DNA of 64,000 nucleotides from Felis catus (Eukaryota): contig NC_058368.1 in the NCBI RefSeq assembly GCF_018350175.1, positions 159,032,001-159,096,000 of the forward strand. Direction: 5' to 3'. This document shows positions 23,901 to 35,700 of the stretch, piece by piece (position 1 is the stretch's first letter; each line of letters begins with the position of its first letter). The translations under genes and the position numbers were made by a program. The notes beneath the pieces were generated by a model. It had not been told where the DNA came from, did not search any database, and saw nothing but the letters and a program-made list of their open reading frames with translations.

Positions 23901-23949
23901 TACATTTCTCACTCTTGGGTAGGGTCTCTTTATCATTTTTAATCACAGA

Positions 23950-24372
23950 TTTCTGCAGAACCCACCTTTACTACAGGAGGAGTGCTGCCCATGCAACTCC
24001 ACTTCCCCAGGGGGTCCCAGTCCGTAGGTAGGGAGTTAGAAGATTGGCCAGGCCAGTGAGATTCTCCTCTCATTTTTTAGGGTTATGGGAATTGAGACAC
24101 CAAAAAGTTGAGTCAGTCAGAATTGGGAATTTGACCAGAAAAGTCACATAATTGCTGATGAGTAAGGAGAAAAAACAACAATAAAACTTATCAGAAGGAG
24201 GGAAATAAAACAGAGGGTGGCACAGACAAGAATCAGTGTGTCATTTGAGACACTGGGAGTATTACCTGGTTACATTTCATATCCTGGTCTTAAATTATCA
24301 AACAGTAATACCTGTGTAACAACCACACCTTTTTGTACTTGAGAGCTAGTTCAAGTGAGACTTTACTTGAGT
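23950..24372 (+). mobile_element. LTR16-like ERVL LTR remnant
   Basis: ggccagtgagattctcctctc...ggaattgagac and 3' ctttttgtacttgagagctagttcaagtgagactttacttg. Confidence 0.5.
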
Positions 24373-25224
24373 TATCTTTATTACATCTCCTGTGCTTCCC
24401 CTTAACATTATTTTGAGATTTCTACTACATAATTTGGGATTCATGTGATGCTAACTGAGTTGAGTGATGAATGGGTTTGAGGCCTCTGAGCCTTTGAACA
24501 TTCTATTCTCTTGTTTACATCTGTCTCAATTTACACGTTTGAAAGTAAAATAGTAGCTTTCCCTTTCCATGATCATAGATTCATCATTCATTTATAGATA
24601 TTCGAGGTTTCTAGCTTTGAGCCAGTGAGTTTGTTGTCTCCCTGGAAATCTTTATTTCCTTCCATTTACAAAAAGTTTATGAGACTGACCAAAGCAGATT
24701 CACCCAGCCTTTTGGAAGCCTTGTAAAAGGACAAGATGATGTGTTTTAATTTGATGTGTTATTAAAAACACATTAATACTGATAATATTTTCCCAGGGCA
24801 TGTTGCTTTGGGTGGAATGAACCACAGAAGAGATTGTTCAATGTAAGAGGAACATTGTTCTCTTGTTCCACAGTAAGAGAAAAAGCATGGGGTCTGCTCA
24901 GGTTTAATGTTCAAACTCCAGTCTTTTCAGAACAAATAGGCTCCTACAGTTTGAAGACTCCAAAGCTAGTAAATGGAACTGAAAGCATCTTAGAGCTCCT
25001 TGTTGACACCACATGGTCATAAACCCTTCAGACTCTGCAGAGAGGTCATAAACCAAATTGCTCCTTCACAAGTAAACCGATTAAAGGGAGACAGGGCTTA
25101 GACATCTTGGAGCCTAATGAGGGCATTTCAGGGAAATGATGCTCCTTTTCTAGAACAAATGATAAATTTTTCTTATGTGTGAGAAACAGAATTGTTCATA
25201 GGAATAAAGTCAAGAGACAGAATA

Positions 25225-25356
25225 GGCAGTATACACTGTTTTCAGTAACACTGAGCTTGGGAATCAGAAGACTTGGAATTCCTAGTCTTACATTAATTGG
25301 ATGACCTTAGGGAACTAAACTAACCACTGTACTTGTCTTATTTGTGAATGAGAATG
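25225..25356 (+). mobile_element. MIR remnant
   Basis: gcttgggaatcagaagacttgg...gatgaccttaggg...ttatttgtgaatgagaat. Confidence 0.65.
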
Positions 25357-25372
25357 TCTGTTCATTCAGTAG

Positions 25373-25590
25373 ACATTTACTGAGTAAATATTTTTGGCCA
25401 TTTACTTTGACATTTGTAGTCTCACTTCATCCTCAAAAGAATCCAATGAAGAAGCCATTATTATTCATTCATACTGATAAGGAACCTGATGTTAAGAGGG
25501 TTTAAGTAATTTATCTAAGTCATGTTGGTGAGTGGTAAAGTTATAGTTGGTAAATTGTAGGGCAGAATTCAACCCCCAAGTTCCAAGTTT
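25373..25590 (-). mobile_element. MIR remnant
   Basis: acatttactgag...tctcacttcatcctc...tactgataaggaacctgatg...aagtaatttatctaagtca...gcagaattcaacccc. Confidence 0.7.
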
Positions 25591-25819
25591 AGTATTATTC
25601 CTGCTACAGGAAGCTACTTCCCTTATGTTTCAATTGCATTTATTAACACATGTAATTATATTTACTAATGTTTGCTATGTCATAGGGCTATCGTCCAATT
25701 TCCTGTGTGTATCTTTATTGTCCCAAGTAAATCATAAGCTCTTTAAAGGCAAAGATCTCAATGATTATATCTTTGGTACCTGCCTCCTTTCCTCCCATAA
25801 TGTAGAATACTGATCTTCA

Positions 25820-26127
25820 CTTATTTATTCATTCATTCTTGATTCACCTTTTAATAAAATATTAATCAAGTGACTATTATGTGGTAGTCATGTTCTAAAT
25901 TCTTAGAATACATTAATGCACAGAATAGATGATATCCCTGACCTAATTTAATTATATTCTACTGGAAAGAGAAGCAAATAAATAACAAATGGCATAAGCT
26001 GTGAAATATGCCAGGAGGTATTAAGGGCAATATAAAAAAGTAGATCAGGTTAAGGGGGACTGAGAATGCGACTGATGGGGTCAGTTTGCAATTTTTAACA
26101 CGGCCATTAGGATAGGCTTCATTGGAC
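25820..26127 (-). mobile_element. L2 3' end (preceded by a + strand L2 tail at ~25690-25810)
   Basis: ttattcattcattc tail...gttctaaattcttagaataca...atccctgacc...attatattctactgg...gataggcttcattg. Confidence 0.7.
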
Positions 26128-26904
26128 CACTGCATATTTGTTACCTAAATTCAGTTAACTGTAAGCTTCGGCTTTGCTTATGTACAAGGGAGAGATGGCA
26201 CCAGGCTTTGGCCTTAACACAAAATTCACTGACACACATTTATTTCCCAGCAGAGAACTTTAGATCAATATCTTCCATATTCATCTACAGGAACATTGGG
26301 GGTATAAGGTGGAAGAGGCCAAGGCATAGGTTGAATTTATGTCATGCCCTCTAAAACAGACAGCTCGGCATCAGGATGAAGGGCTTAAGGTAATGCTGAC
26401 CTTAGCTGGAAAAAAACATGAATCTATGGGCCTCACAGATGTGTAATCAATAGCAAGGTAACTGGTTACAAGGGGTTTTACACATCTGTCAGCTAAATCA
26501 GAACCCTAAAGGGCAAATGCTGTTCTAAAGAACATTAGCCAGATTTGTGTTGCTGACTCAAGGAGTTTGGGTCCATAAACCAGTGCATGCATTACAAGGA
26601 GACATCAGTATGACGATTTTTCATTGGTGACATTCATAGTCTTGTTTCAGTCTAGTATTCTAGTTGATATTCATGGAAAAATGTTGTATTGGCTGAACTG
26701 TCTCAGAGATCATTTTGTTTTAATTGTGTTTTCTTTTTATTTTTGTTCCCAACAGCTTACCATACTTTTTTCTTCATCCCTACCATTTTCTGCTTGCTCT
26801 TTTCTCATAGTTACCCTCTCTTAAAAACTTATCTGCTTTCTTTATAGCTTTATTTTTCTTCAGTTTTCATCATTTTTCTTCCTCTCTTCCTTCTCCCTTT
26901 CCTT

Positions 26905-27360
26905 AAATATTTATTGTGCATCTACAGTGTAGTGGGCCAAGCATTGTGTTGTCTGATGCACAACAGTGGTAAAAAAGAGCGGCCCTCCCTTATGGACCAC
27001 ATCGTCTATTGTAAAGATGACATGATACATGTAAACCCACAAACATCTCTGTACTGAATAACTCTGGTAAATAATGAAAAAAGAGGATGCTGTAAAGGAG
27101 AATAATGGGGTACCTGCCATACAGATGGTGGTAGGAAGGGCATCCTTCACAAAGAGATGCTATGCTGAGTCTTAAAGGAAGGGAAGGAGCTATCCAGGCC
27201 CAATGATAGCAATTTCCCAAAGAGAGGAAAGAGTATGAAAAAAACAAAAGAAACAAACAAACAAACAAAAAACAAAAAAACACTTGGAGATAGCCAGAGA
27301 TAGCAGATGAGATAGCAGATGAGAAATTGTTCAAAGGCTATTGTGGCACAGAGAGATGGG
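26905..27360 (-). mobile_element. L2 3' region with an (AAAC)n tract and a short gagatagcagat tandem duplication
   Basis: aaatatttattgtgcatctac...gccaagcattgtg...gatggtggtaggaagggcatcc...gctgagtcttaaagga. Confidence 0.72.
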
Positions 27361-28529
27361 AGAGTCCAGGGCTCTCTCTTCTTATTTTTCTTCCTTTCCC
27401 CATGCCCATTTAGCTTGACATAAGTAAAATATTTACCTGAACATGTCCTTTCATTTTTTTAATTATGTGGGAAAGATGAGTGCAAAACAGAACATGATAA
27501 GAATGAGGGAATAAATGGAACAAAAAGCTTTTAGTGAAGGAACTGAAAGTTCAAATGGGCACTGAGTTACCAAGAGTGGGTATCATGGTTTTTGGTGGCA
27601 TATGAATTAAACTGCTTGCTAAGATACACAGTGTGCTTGTGATACACAGTTATAAAGGGAAATATTTGAACAGGCTTTGTATGTCTGTGTAGTGCATGTC
27701 TATGTGCACGTCAGTGCATGTGTGTCGTTTATGCTGAAAGGGAGGATTTATGCCTAGTTTGTAACCAAATCTTTCCCGAGACATTAAAAAATATTTTATT
27801 TCAATACTATAAGTTGTTATGTGAGTGAAATCCTCCTTCATACCTTTTCTCTGCAAGTACTTTTTCTTCATTATTTTAAGAATCATAGAATATTTTATAT
27901 GTATAGATACACATATGTATATGTTTATTTATAGATGAGACAACTAGGTAATGTCTTAGTAGTTTTATTTTGACTAGCTTGTTGTCGATGAGTAATAGAG
28001 TAGCAAAATGCAATCAAGTAGTTCTGAGAAGTAAAAATGTCACATATCATGAACTAGTTCATAACAGAATTCTCTGTAGGTACCAGCAACAAAATAAGTA
28101 TGCAACCTCAGAAATAAATATATATTGTTTCTAGATGTAACACTTAAGTTAAATGGTTTTGCTCAACTTATGAAGACTTATCAATAATGTGTATTTTAAG
28201 CAGAATATTTTAGAAAACAGCTTTACCCTACAGTCTTTGCTAGAGGCTGAATTTAATTTACTGAAAGTTAATGAGAAAATAAATAATGCTCTATTAATTC
28301 ATTTTCTTAAAAACTATTCAGAAACAATAACAAAAATGATTTTTTAGCAAATGTAACATTAAAATGTAATACAAAGTAGATAATTTGAATGCCAATTACT
28401 TTCTATGTTTGTGTTTTCTAACAAAGAAGAGATTATCAAAGTGTTTACATAGTCAAGGGACATAGGATGGGTTTGAGGGTCCCTTATGCTTATCATAATA
28501 GATTATTATCTGTTAATAGTAAGAGAAAA

Positions 28530-28920
28530 TGCAGGTCAGAACCAAGATGTTAGCACCAGGAATGGAGAAAATATTAAGGAATGAAAGTTCAGTGACTGAT
28601 TAGATATGATAGATTAAGAAGAAGGGAAAGTTAAGAGTAATGTATATGGTTCTGTTTTATGTGATTCCTTATAAAACAGATAAGAAAAGGTCGAGTATAT
28701 TCAGAAGACAGTGAGTTATGTGGTGCACTCGGTGGGCTTTAACTGTCTGTTGGGCATCTATAGGGATGTCTTTACCCAGGAGCTAAATGTATAAGACAGG
28801 TGATTGGAGAAAAGGTCTAGATTTCATTAAGAGGTTTGGAAATCATTGGAATATATGTGGATGTGTCCCTACAAAGTCATAGAGATGCAGTTTGGTATAA
28901 TGGGGAAAAATGGGCAAAAG
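28530..28920 (-). mobile_element. L2 remnant
   Basis: ggaatggagaaa, gtgactgattagatatg, ctgttgggcatcta, ggagaaaaggtctag, tttggaaatcattgg. Confidence 0.6.
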
Positions 28921-28970
28921 GTAGAGTATAGACTTGATCCTGTCATTAAGCAATGGACCTTTTTCCCCCC

Positions 28971-29183
28971 TTTTTTAATGTTTATTTATTTTGAGAGAGA
29001 GTGCATGAGCATGTGCATGAGGGGAGGAAAGGGGCGGGGCAGAGAGAGAATCCCAAGCAGGCTCTTTGCTAAAAATAGGGATCAAGCGATACAAGCTTGA
29101 TCTCATGAACCATGAGATTATAACCTGAGCCTGAATCAAGAGTTAGACACTTAACTCTTAAGAGTTAGAGCCAACCAGGTGCC
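28971..29183 (-). mobile_element. CAN-SINE
   Basis: ttttttaatgtttatttattttgagagag...gaatcccaagcaggctc...gaaccatgagattataacctgagc...gagccaaccaggtgcc. Confidence 0.92.
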
Positions 29184-29209
29184 GTTTTTAATGTTTGTTT
29201 GCAACCAAC

Positions 29210-29305
29210 CATTGATAGCATGGAACCTTCTTGAGATTCTCTCTTTTTGTCTCCTTCTGCCCCTCCCCTGCTTGCACCTATGTTCTCTCTCTCTCTCTCT
29301 CAAAA

Positions 29306-29348
<43 letters not shown>

Positions 29349-29352
29349 ATAC
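29210..29352 (+). mobile_element. 3' half of a CAN-SINE with (AAAT)12 tail
   Basis: tgatagcatggaaccttcttgagattctct...ctgcccctcccctgcttgc...ctctcaaaataaat; no tRNA-like head. Confidence 0.88.
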
Positions 29353-29911
29353 AATTTAGAGAAGTATCTCTTTCTCTCACTCTATAGATAGAGAGATGTG
29401 GATCGACCTAGATATATCTATCTATATCGATATATAGGAAGTTTCTTTCCTTTCTTCCCTTATTTCCTTATTTCTTTCCTTCTTTCTTTCCACTTATCAC
29501 ATATCCCTCTCTCTAATATTCACCATGAGCAAGGGATCTTTGGGACTAAGAGCAGGGAATGAGACTATCCTGAAGATGACCTTTGAAATGTACACAGGCT
29601 GGGTGCCTAGGTTTATCTTGAGAGCCTAGGAGTTCCTTTTTCATATAACTTGGGTCATGGAAAATGAATTTTGGAGATGTCTCTAGCTACTGAGAGAGAA
29701 CCTTTTTTTCTGAAACATCTTCCATATATACAACCAATAAAGAGCTAACTATGTTACTCCTGTGAAATTTTAGAATCTTCCTTTCAAATTGTTAAAATTT
29801 CTCCAACTGGGTGTTTAATGATCTCTTTACATTCTATATGTCCTATAAGTTTCTATGCCTATCTATAACTATACTTTTCCTAAACAGAAATCATTATTAG
29901 GAAGTCATGGA

Positions 29912-30119
29912 GGGGCACCTGGGTGGTTCAGTTGGTTAAACAACCGACTTTGGCTCAGGTCATGATCTCAGCGTTAGTGAGTTCGAGCCCCGTGTCGGGC
30001 TCTGTGCTGACAGCTCAGAGCCAGGAGCCTGCTTTGGATTCTGTGTCTCCCTTTTTCTCTGCCCCTTCCCTGCTTTCTCTCTCTCTCTCTCTCTCCCCAA
30101 AAATAAATAAAAAAAAAAA
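29912..30119 (+). mobile_element. CAN-SINE
   Basis: Full copy; TSD gaagtcatgga at 29901-29911 and 30120-30130. Confidence 0.96.
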
Positions 30120-30125
30120 GAAGTC

Positions 30126-30483
30126 ATGGAACTAGAGTATATTAGGTTAAGTGAAAAAAGTCAGAGAAAGACAAATATCTTATGATTTTACTCATATGTG
30201 GAATTTAAGAAATACAACAGATGAACCTAGGGGAAGGGAAGGCAAAATAAGATGAAAACTGAGAGGGAGGCAAACCATGAGACTCTTAAATACAGAAAAC
30301 AAACTGAGGGTTGCTGGAGGGGAGGTGGGTAGAGGAATGGGCTAAATGGGTGATGGGCATTAAGGAGCACACTTTTTGGGATGAACCCTGGGTGTTATAT
30401 GTAAGTGATGAATCACTGGGTTGTATTCCGGAAATCAAAACTACACTGTATGTTAACTAACTTGAATTAAAAAACAAACAAAA
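30126..30483 (+). mobile_element. Carnivore L1 3'UTR, 5'-truncated
   Basis: atggaactagagtatatt...ctcatatgtggaatttaag...aaactgagggttgctggagggg...tatgttaactaacttgaattaaaa. Confidence 0.93.
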
Positions 30484-30549
30484 AAGACATGCCCTGTTTT
30501 TTTAAATCTTTTTTCCCTTTTTTCCTGTAGTATTTCATGTTAAAACACT

Positions 30550-30795
30550 CCCTAGTTTTTAGAGACCATCTCAAATATTCTTTTCCATGAGTTTTTAATA
30601 ATGCATCCATCCACTCCTTCTATAAGTATCACTTCACATCTCTCTTATGATTTACTGTAGTCTATCTTTTCGCATACTCATTCTCCTGCTAGTTTTCATG
30701 TTCCTTAAGGGTGTGAATTCTATCCTTAACTATTTCATAGCTCCTGACCTACTGGGCTGCACATGATACATCAGGAGATATTTGCTTCCTTGATT
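30550..30795 (+). mobile_element. L2 3' end
   Basis: catctcaaatattcttttccatgag...ttccttaagggtgtgaa...gatatttgcttccttgatt. Confidence 0.55.
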
Positions 30796-32650
30796 AGCCA
30801 AAGCAAATCCTATAAAAGTGACAAACTATCACATCTAATCAGAATAAAAGCACATCCTACATCTGTGCATTTATATTCTAGTCTTTTTTTACCAAAGAAC
30901 AAAACAAAAAAAAACCCAAACAAACAAACAAACAAAAAAAAGATTTCTTTTTAATTTAATAAAAAAGAAAGAAAACCCTTTAAAATAATTTGAAGCGCAT
31001 ACAGGGTAGCATCCTGGGTTATACAGAATACTAAAAAAGAGCAGGTGATCTTCTGGGAGCTACTAAAATTTTTGCTTTTTCCTAAAGCTCTCTGACAATT
31101 TTGCAATGAAAAATGGTAAGAATTTTCTTGGTAGCCCAGGAGGATTTCACTTGTAACTATTTCTTTTTCTCTAAATTGGGTTCTGAATCACATTTGCCTG
31201 CATTCCTAGATATTTTGTTCACTATGTAGTGATGTGTTGAAGTGACTTGGCAAACTAAAAGTATATTTGAGCTTGGGGTATCTATGTCCCTTTGGTCATT
31301 TTTTGTTTTCTAAAGGTTTTCATTGCTTGTTCTAAGGACTTCATGGGCATGATCTGGCAAGAGACTGGTTGCTGCTGACAAAGGTATAATTTCAGTTTGA
31401 ACTGATAATATTCTATACTAGGATGGTCATGTAAGGCAGCAGTATTAGTTATGAACTGCCACATCAGTAGATTCACTTCAGTGGTACTTATAGCCAATAT
31501 TTTCCTGCTATGTACCCTATTATCTTTTTCTTGGAATTTCTTGAGTCTGTGAGTCGGTCAATAAATACTGAATTTATTCAATGGCATCTGGGTACAGAAT
31601 ATGAGGCACTGTATCAGGAGCTGTAAAACTGTTCAGAGAATGAGGGGACTGTGCACATACCATGTATCATGGGTTACATAAGGAAGAAAAATTATCAACC
31701 TCTGTGGTTAGAATACTCAATCCAGATACTTACCAGTTCAGAAGCCTTCCCTTGGGAAGCCTCATAATGTCTCTTTCATGCTTTATGCTTAGGTGCTTTA
31801 TGATGCGTTCCTAATGAAAGGGTTAGCATAATCTGCCCCTCATATCTCCACCACCTTAGACTCAGGGTAGACCCGACTTAAATCCAATAATTTGTTCACT
31901 GGTTAATGACCTATTGTTGATGCAAATGACCTAAGGATGAACAGAAGTGTCTTATACTTTATGTCATATAGTTGAATCAGATTTAAACTCAGAGACTTTA
32001 AACAGGTAATTAGACGGGAAGAAAAGGAGAAATAACATAAAGATGGGGACTAGCTAAATCATAAAGGTAGGGCTTGAGTAGGGAGTGGTCTTTGTCTATG
32101 GTTGAAGTCAGTCTATTCTGTGAGTTTCTATTTAGACATCAGAACAACTAGCAGACTCAAGGAAATATTTCTTTGTGCAGAATTCTGAGGCATATATGCT
32201 CAGTCTCAGGATTCCTAAGATTTAGCTGGGACAGGATCAAACCCATTAATGCATGTTTATTGTTTCCTCCTTAGTTATTCATTTCCCCACTCCTTCATAG
32301 TGCTGGCTGACATCATTCTCCAAATATACTGCCTTTCTTAGTGCCTGATTTGTGAGGAGTTCAAACCAATATACTCTTGTCTTAGAATTGGGCTATCCCT
32401 CTTTTGGGAAAGAAGAGTTTAGGGACTAGTCTAGGACATGGTAATTCAAATGCATGTTAGTTCTATGACCTTATAGCACTGCCTTTCTGAACAGAAACTT
32501 CCTAGGTAGGACACTGAATACTTGAAAACACTTTGAGGTGACTTCCTTGGCTGACTCAGATTAGGCCTCTTGTATTGACCGAGAGAATTATGTGTTAAGA
32601 TATTGATTAGTTCTTTGAAATTAGTGATCTGATGAGACTAGGTATCAAAG

Positions 32651-32651
<1 letters not shown>

Positions 32652-32707
<56 letters not shown>

Positions 32708-32734
32708 CACATATATGTGTATATATATATATAT
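32652..32734. repeat. (TA)21 plus interrupted TA/CA/TG extension
   Basis: Read directly. Confidence 0.96.
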
Positions 32735-35700
32735 TTTTTTTGTTGTTGAAATACAATCTATGTATGCTATCCTATATGAGGAATGCTTGTGTATCGTATA
32801 TGGAATTTACTGTTGTCTAGGTATTCACTTAAAATCTATTTTCTATAGGAAAAAAATCCTTCATTGCTTGGATATAACAAAGCATTTCAAGTTCATTATA
32901 TTAAAATTTTCCCAAACTAATAAAACCAATAAAATATGAAGCCATTTAGTAAGAATTGTTTTTATTGATCACATAACATAAGGCAAAACAATGACAATTG
33001 AACTTAGAAGTCTCCACATTTGTTTGAGAAGTAGTTCTTACAACATGCACTAGAAAGGATTCAAAGCGTGTTGGTAAATAAAGGACCCTAGGGAATGTAC
33101 ATTTCTGGTAGTCTGCAGAGAAAGTTAAGTGGGAATGCCAACTCTGTTTTCTAAAGGGTAATTTGTATAGCACTTTGGATATTTTTTCCACATAGTAAAT
33201 TTCCCTGTGAGACCTTTCCTTTAGAGCTATACACCATCATGTTTGAAGTTGCATAATATGAAAAAAAAAGTATAAATAAATAAACATTCTTAGTAACTAA
33301 CGCGTAGATATTGTGGCAGATTGAATCTCAAGTTCAAATTGCAATTGATTTTTCATTTTGCTTTAATTATTGATAAAGGCTAGGAATCTTACTTTTGCTT
33401 CTTCTCACCAATGACAACTAATGGATCTTTGATCAAGTTCAACATTTCATACACTAAGAAATAGGCTTAATAAAAATTTTATATACTTTTATTTTTCTGT
33501 GAAGTTATAATCAGATTGGTAATTTTATTCAGATTCCAGAGCGGCTTGTATGTCAAAGATGTGTTCTTCCTGTCTTTCAGAGTCTTTATAATTCTGTCTT
33601 CCGTCCGTCCTAGCTCATGCTGCTTTTCATTGTCCTCATCTCAGTGAGGTGTCAGCACTTTTACTTTCAAAGAGAAGATATGGTGCATTCCTTAAGCCCT
33701 TTCTCTAACATAGCCAGCTCCTAGCAGCAAGCAACTTGAATAAGGCATACGTGTCTTTATTCATTTGTGGAGTCACAGGATCTGTATATTGAAAGCTCTG
33801 GCATTATGGTGGAGGTAGGTCTCATTGTTCTGCCACAATTTTGTTACCAGCTTAATTGATCCTGCTCATGTTAGAAGGCAATTTGTGTCAGCCCAGCACA
33901 AAGGGAGACATCCAATAAAAGGCTATACTCTTTACAGCCAACTTGTATACTCATAGTTGCTGCCAGGCAGATTTCTATCCTTTATCATTGTGCAGGGATT
34001 AGAAAAGAAGATAGGGTTAAGAGAATTGTTTTCTCATGGGGCCAATTAAATGAGGAGATTGCATGTATGGAGTGAACACATTGAACCTCTTCGGTACGGA
34101 CTACATAAAATGCAACTTAACACCTATAGCGCATAGAATTATCAATTCATGAGTAATGATTAGTGGAAAATTCTTTTAATGCTTACACAGAATAATGCAG
34201 TGTTAAAGAGTTTGTATAAAAATGTTTCTAATGTGCAGAGTGAGCCTAATGTATCATTCTTTTTGACAGGGGGGGAAATTGTGATTTTTGCCTTATATGC
34301 AGTTTGAGAATTTAAAGGTTGTTTTTTTTTCTTAAAGAAAAATAAGACTCAGGATACTTAATTTTTTTCTATAGTGGCTAAACCATAATCATAATGTTTC
34401 ATTATTTTAGATGATTAACATTTCACACTGAAACAAAGCAAAAATAACAACAACAAAACAAAAACAAAAACAAGACACTGAATAACTTGGTGGCCCAGAC
34501 TTGGGTAGGGGGTAATTTGGGGGAATTCCTGGAGGCTCAACAACCTGATACATACTTTTCTGCAAAACTCTTCTTTAAAGGATGAACACTATTGTTGGAA
34601 AAATCACATCATATTTTTAAAATATTTACTTCACAAAAAAGAGGTCCATCTTGTTTGAGGACAATTTTCTAGAATATGGGTTTTGCTTGTTTTGGCCTTT
34701 CAATGGGTAGCTTTTCATCAGAGAAATTTGTTCAGGTACTTCCCATGAGTTTTTCTTCTCTACACATCTTTATTCTGATTTGATTCCTTGGACTGAGAGG
34801 TGACCCTAATTTATTGCTGAATAGAATTAGAAATAGACCATTTTTAGAAGTTGGTTGAAGTTTGAAAATTCTCATCTTAAGACTAAAGTAGGATATTATA
34901 TTCATCTAAAAAGTGTTAATAACTTCTTTTACAAGTTGCTGATTAATTTCAAGCATCACACTGATACTCATTTTTCATTTTATAATTTCCCCATATTCTT
35001 TGTTCCATTTTAGATAGGCTGAACACTCCTGTGGATACCCTTTTGTGGGCATGGATAAAACAAACCAAAGCACTGACCATATGTAACTTAAAATCACTTA
35101 CTTTTTGCCTTTATTCCTGGAAGGAATGTGTATGTCCGTCAAGAATTGGAAATGAAATTGGAGATAATGAAGGACTTTCCTGTCACTTCTTAGTAAAGAA
35201 AGATGGTTTTGAAAGACTAAGATTTAAATTAGAAGTATATATTAATGAAAATGTGCACATACATATTCCTGATAAGTGATTCTCAACACATTCTAAAAAC
35301 TTTTTAGCATACATCAGTTCGTAAGTAGTTCTCTCATACTTATCAAGATAATATCGGCTGATAAATAAAATATAAATAAGCTGTGCCTTAATTTCAGTTT
35401 TTATGTATTTTTTTTATTGCTCAGGAGGCAGTTGATTCAACCTTACCAGAATGAGTGTATCTGTGTTGAGTAAGTAAGCTCTCCTGAATGGAAAAAGAAT
35501 TTGTACCAGAAATAGATGGAATTTGTGAAAATTTTTACTCTGATAATATTTCCTTTTGATTTTATAACACTTTCCAGGAATATCAGTTATGTTTTCAGTA
35601 AAAGCCTAAAGTATAGAAGTATGAAGATTTATTTCCTAAGATATATACACACATACATTTGGCAGAATGATATTTGCAATAACTTAGGTATTCTACCTCC

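Noticed and set aside
35031..35279. 82-aa ORF in the repeat-poor zone
   Set aside because: It has a non-ATG start, no recognisable domain and no convincing donor.
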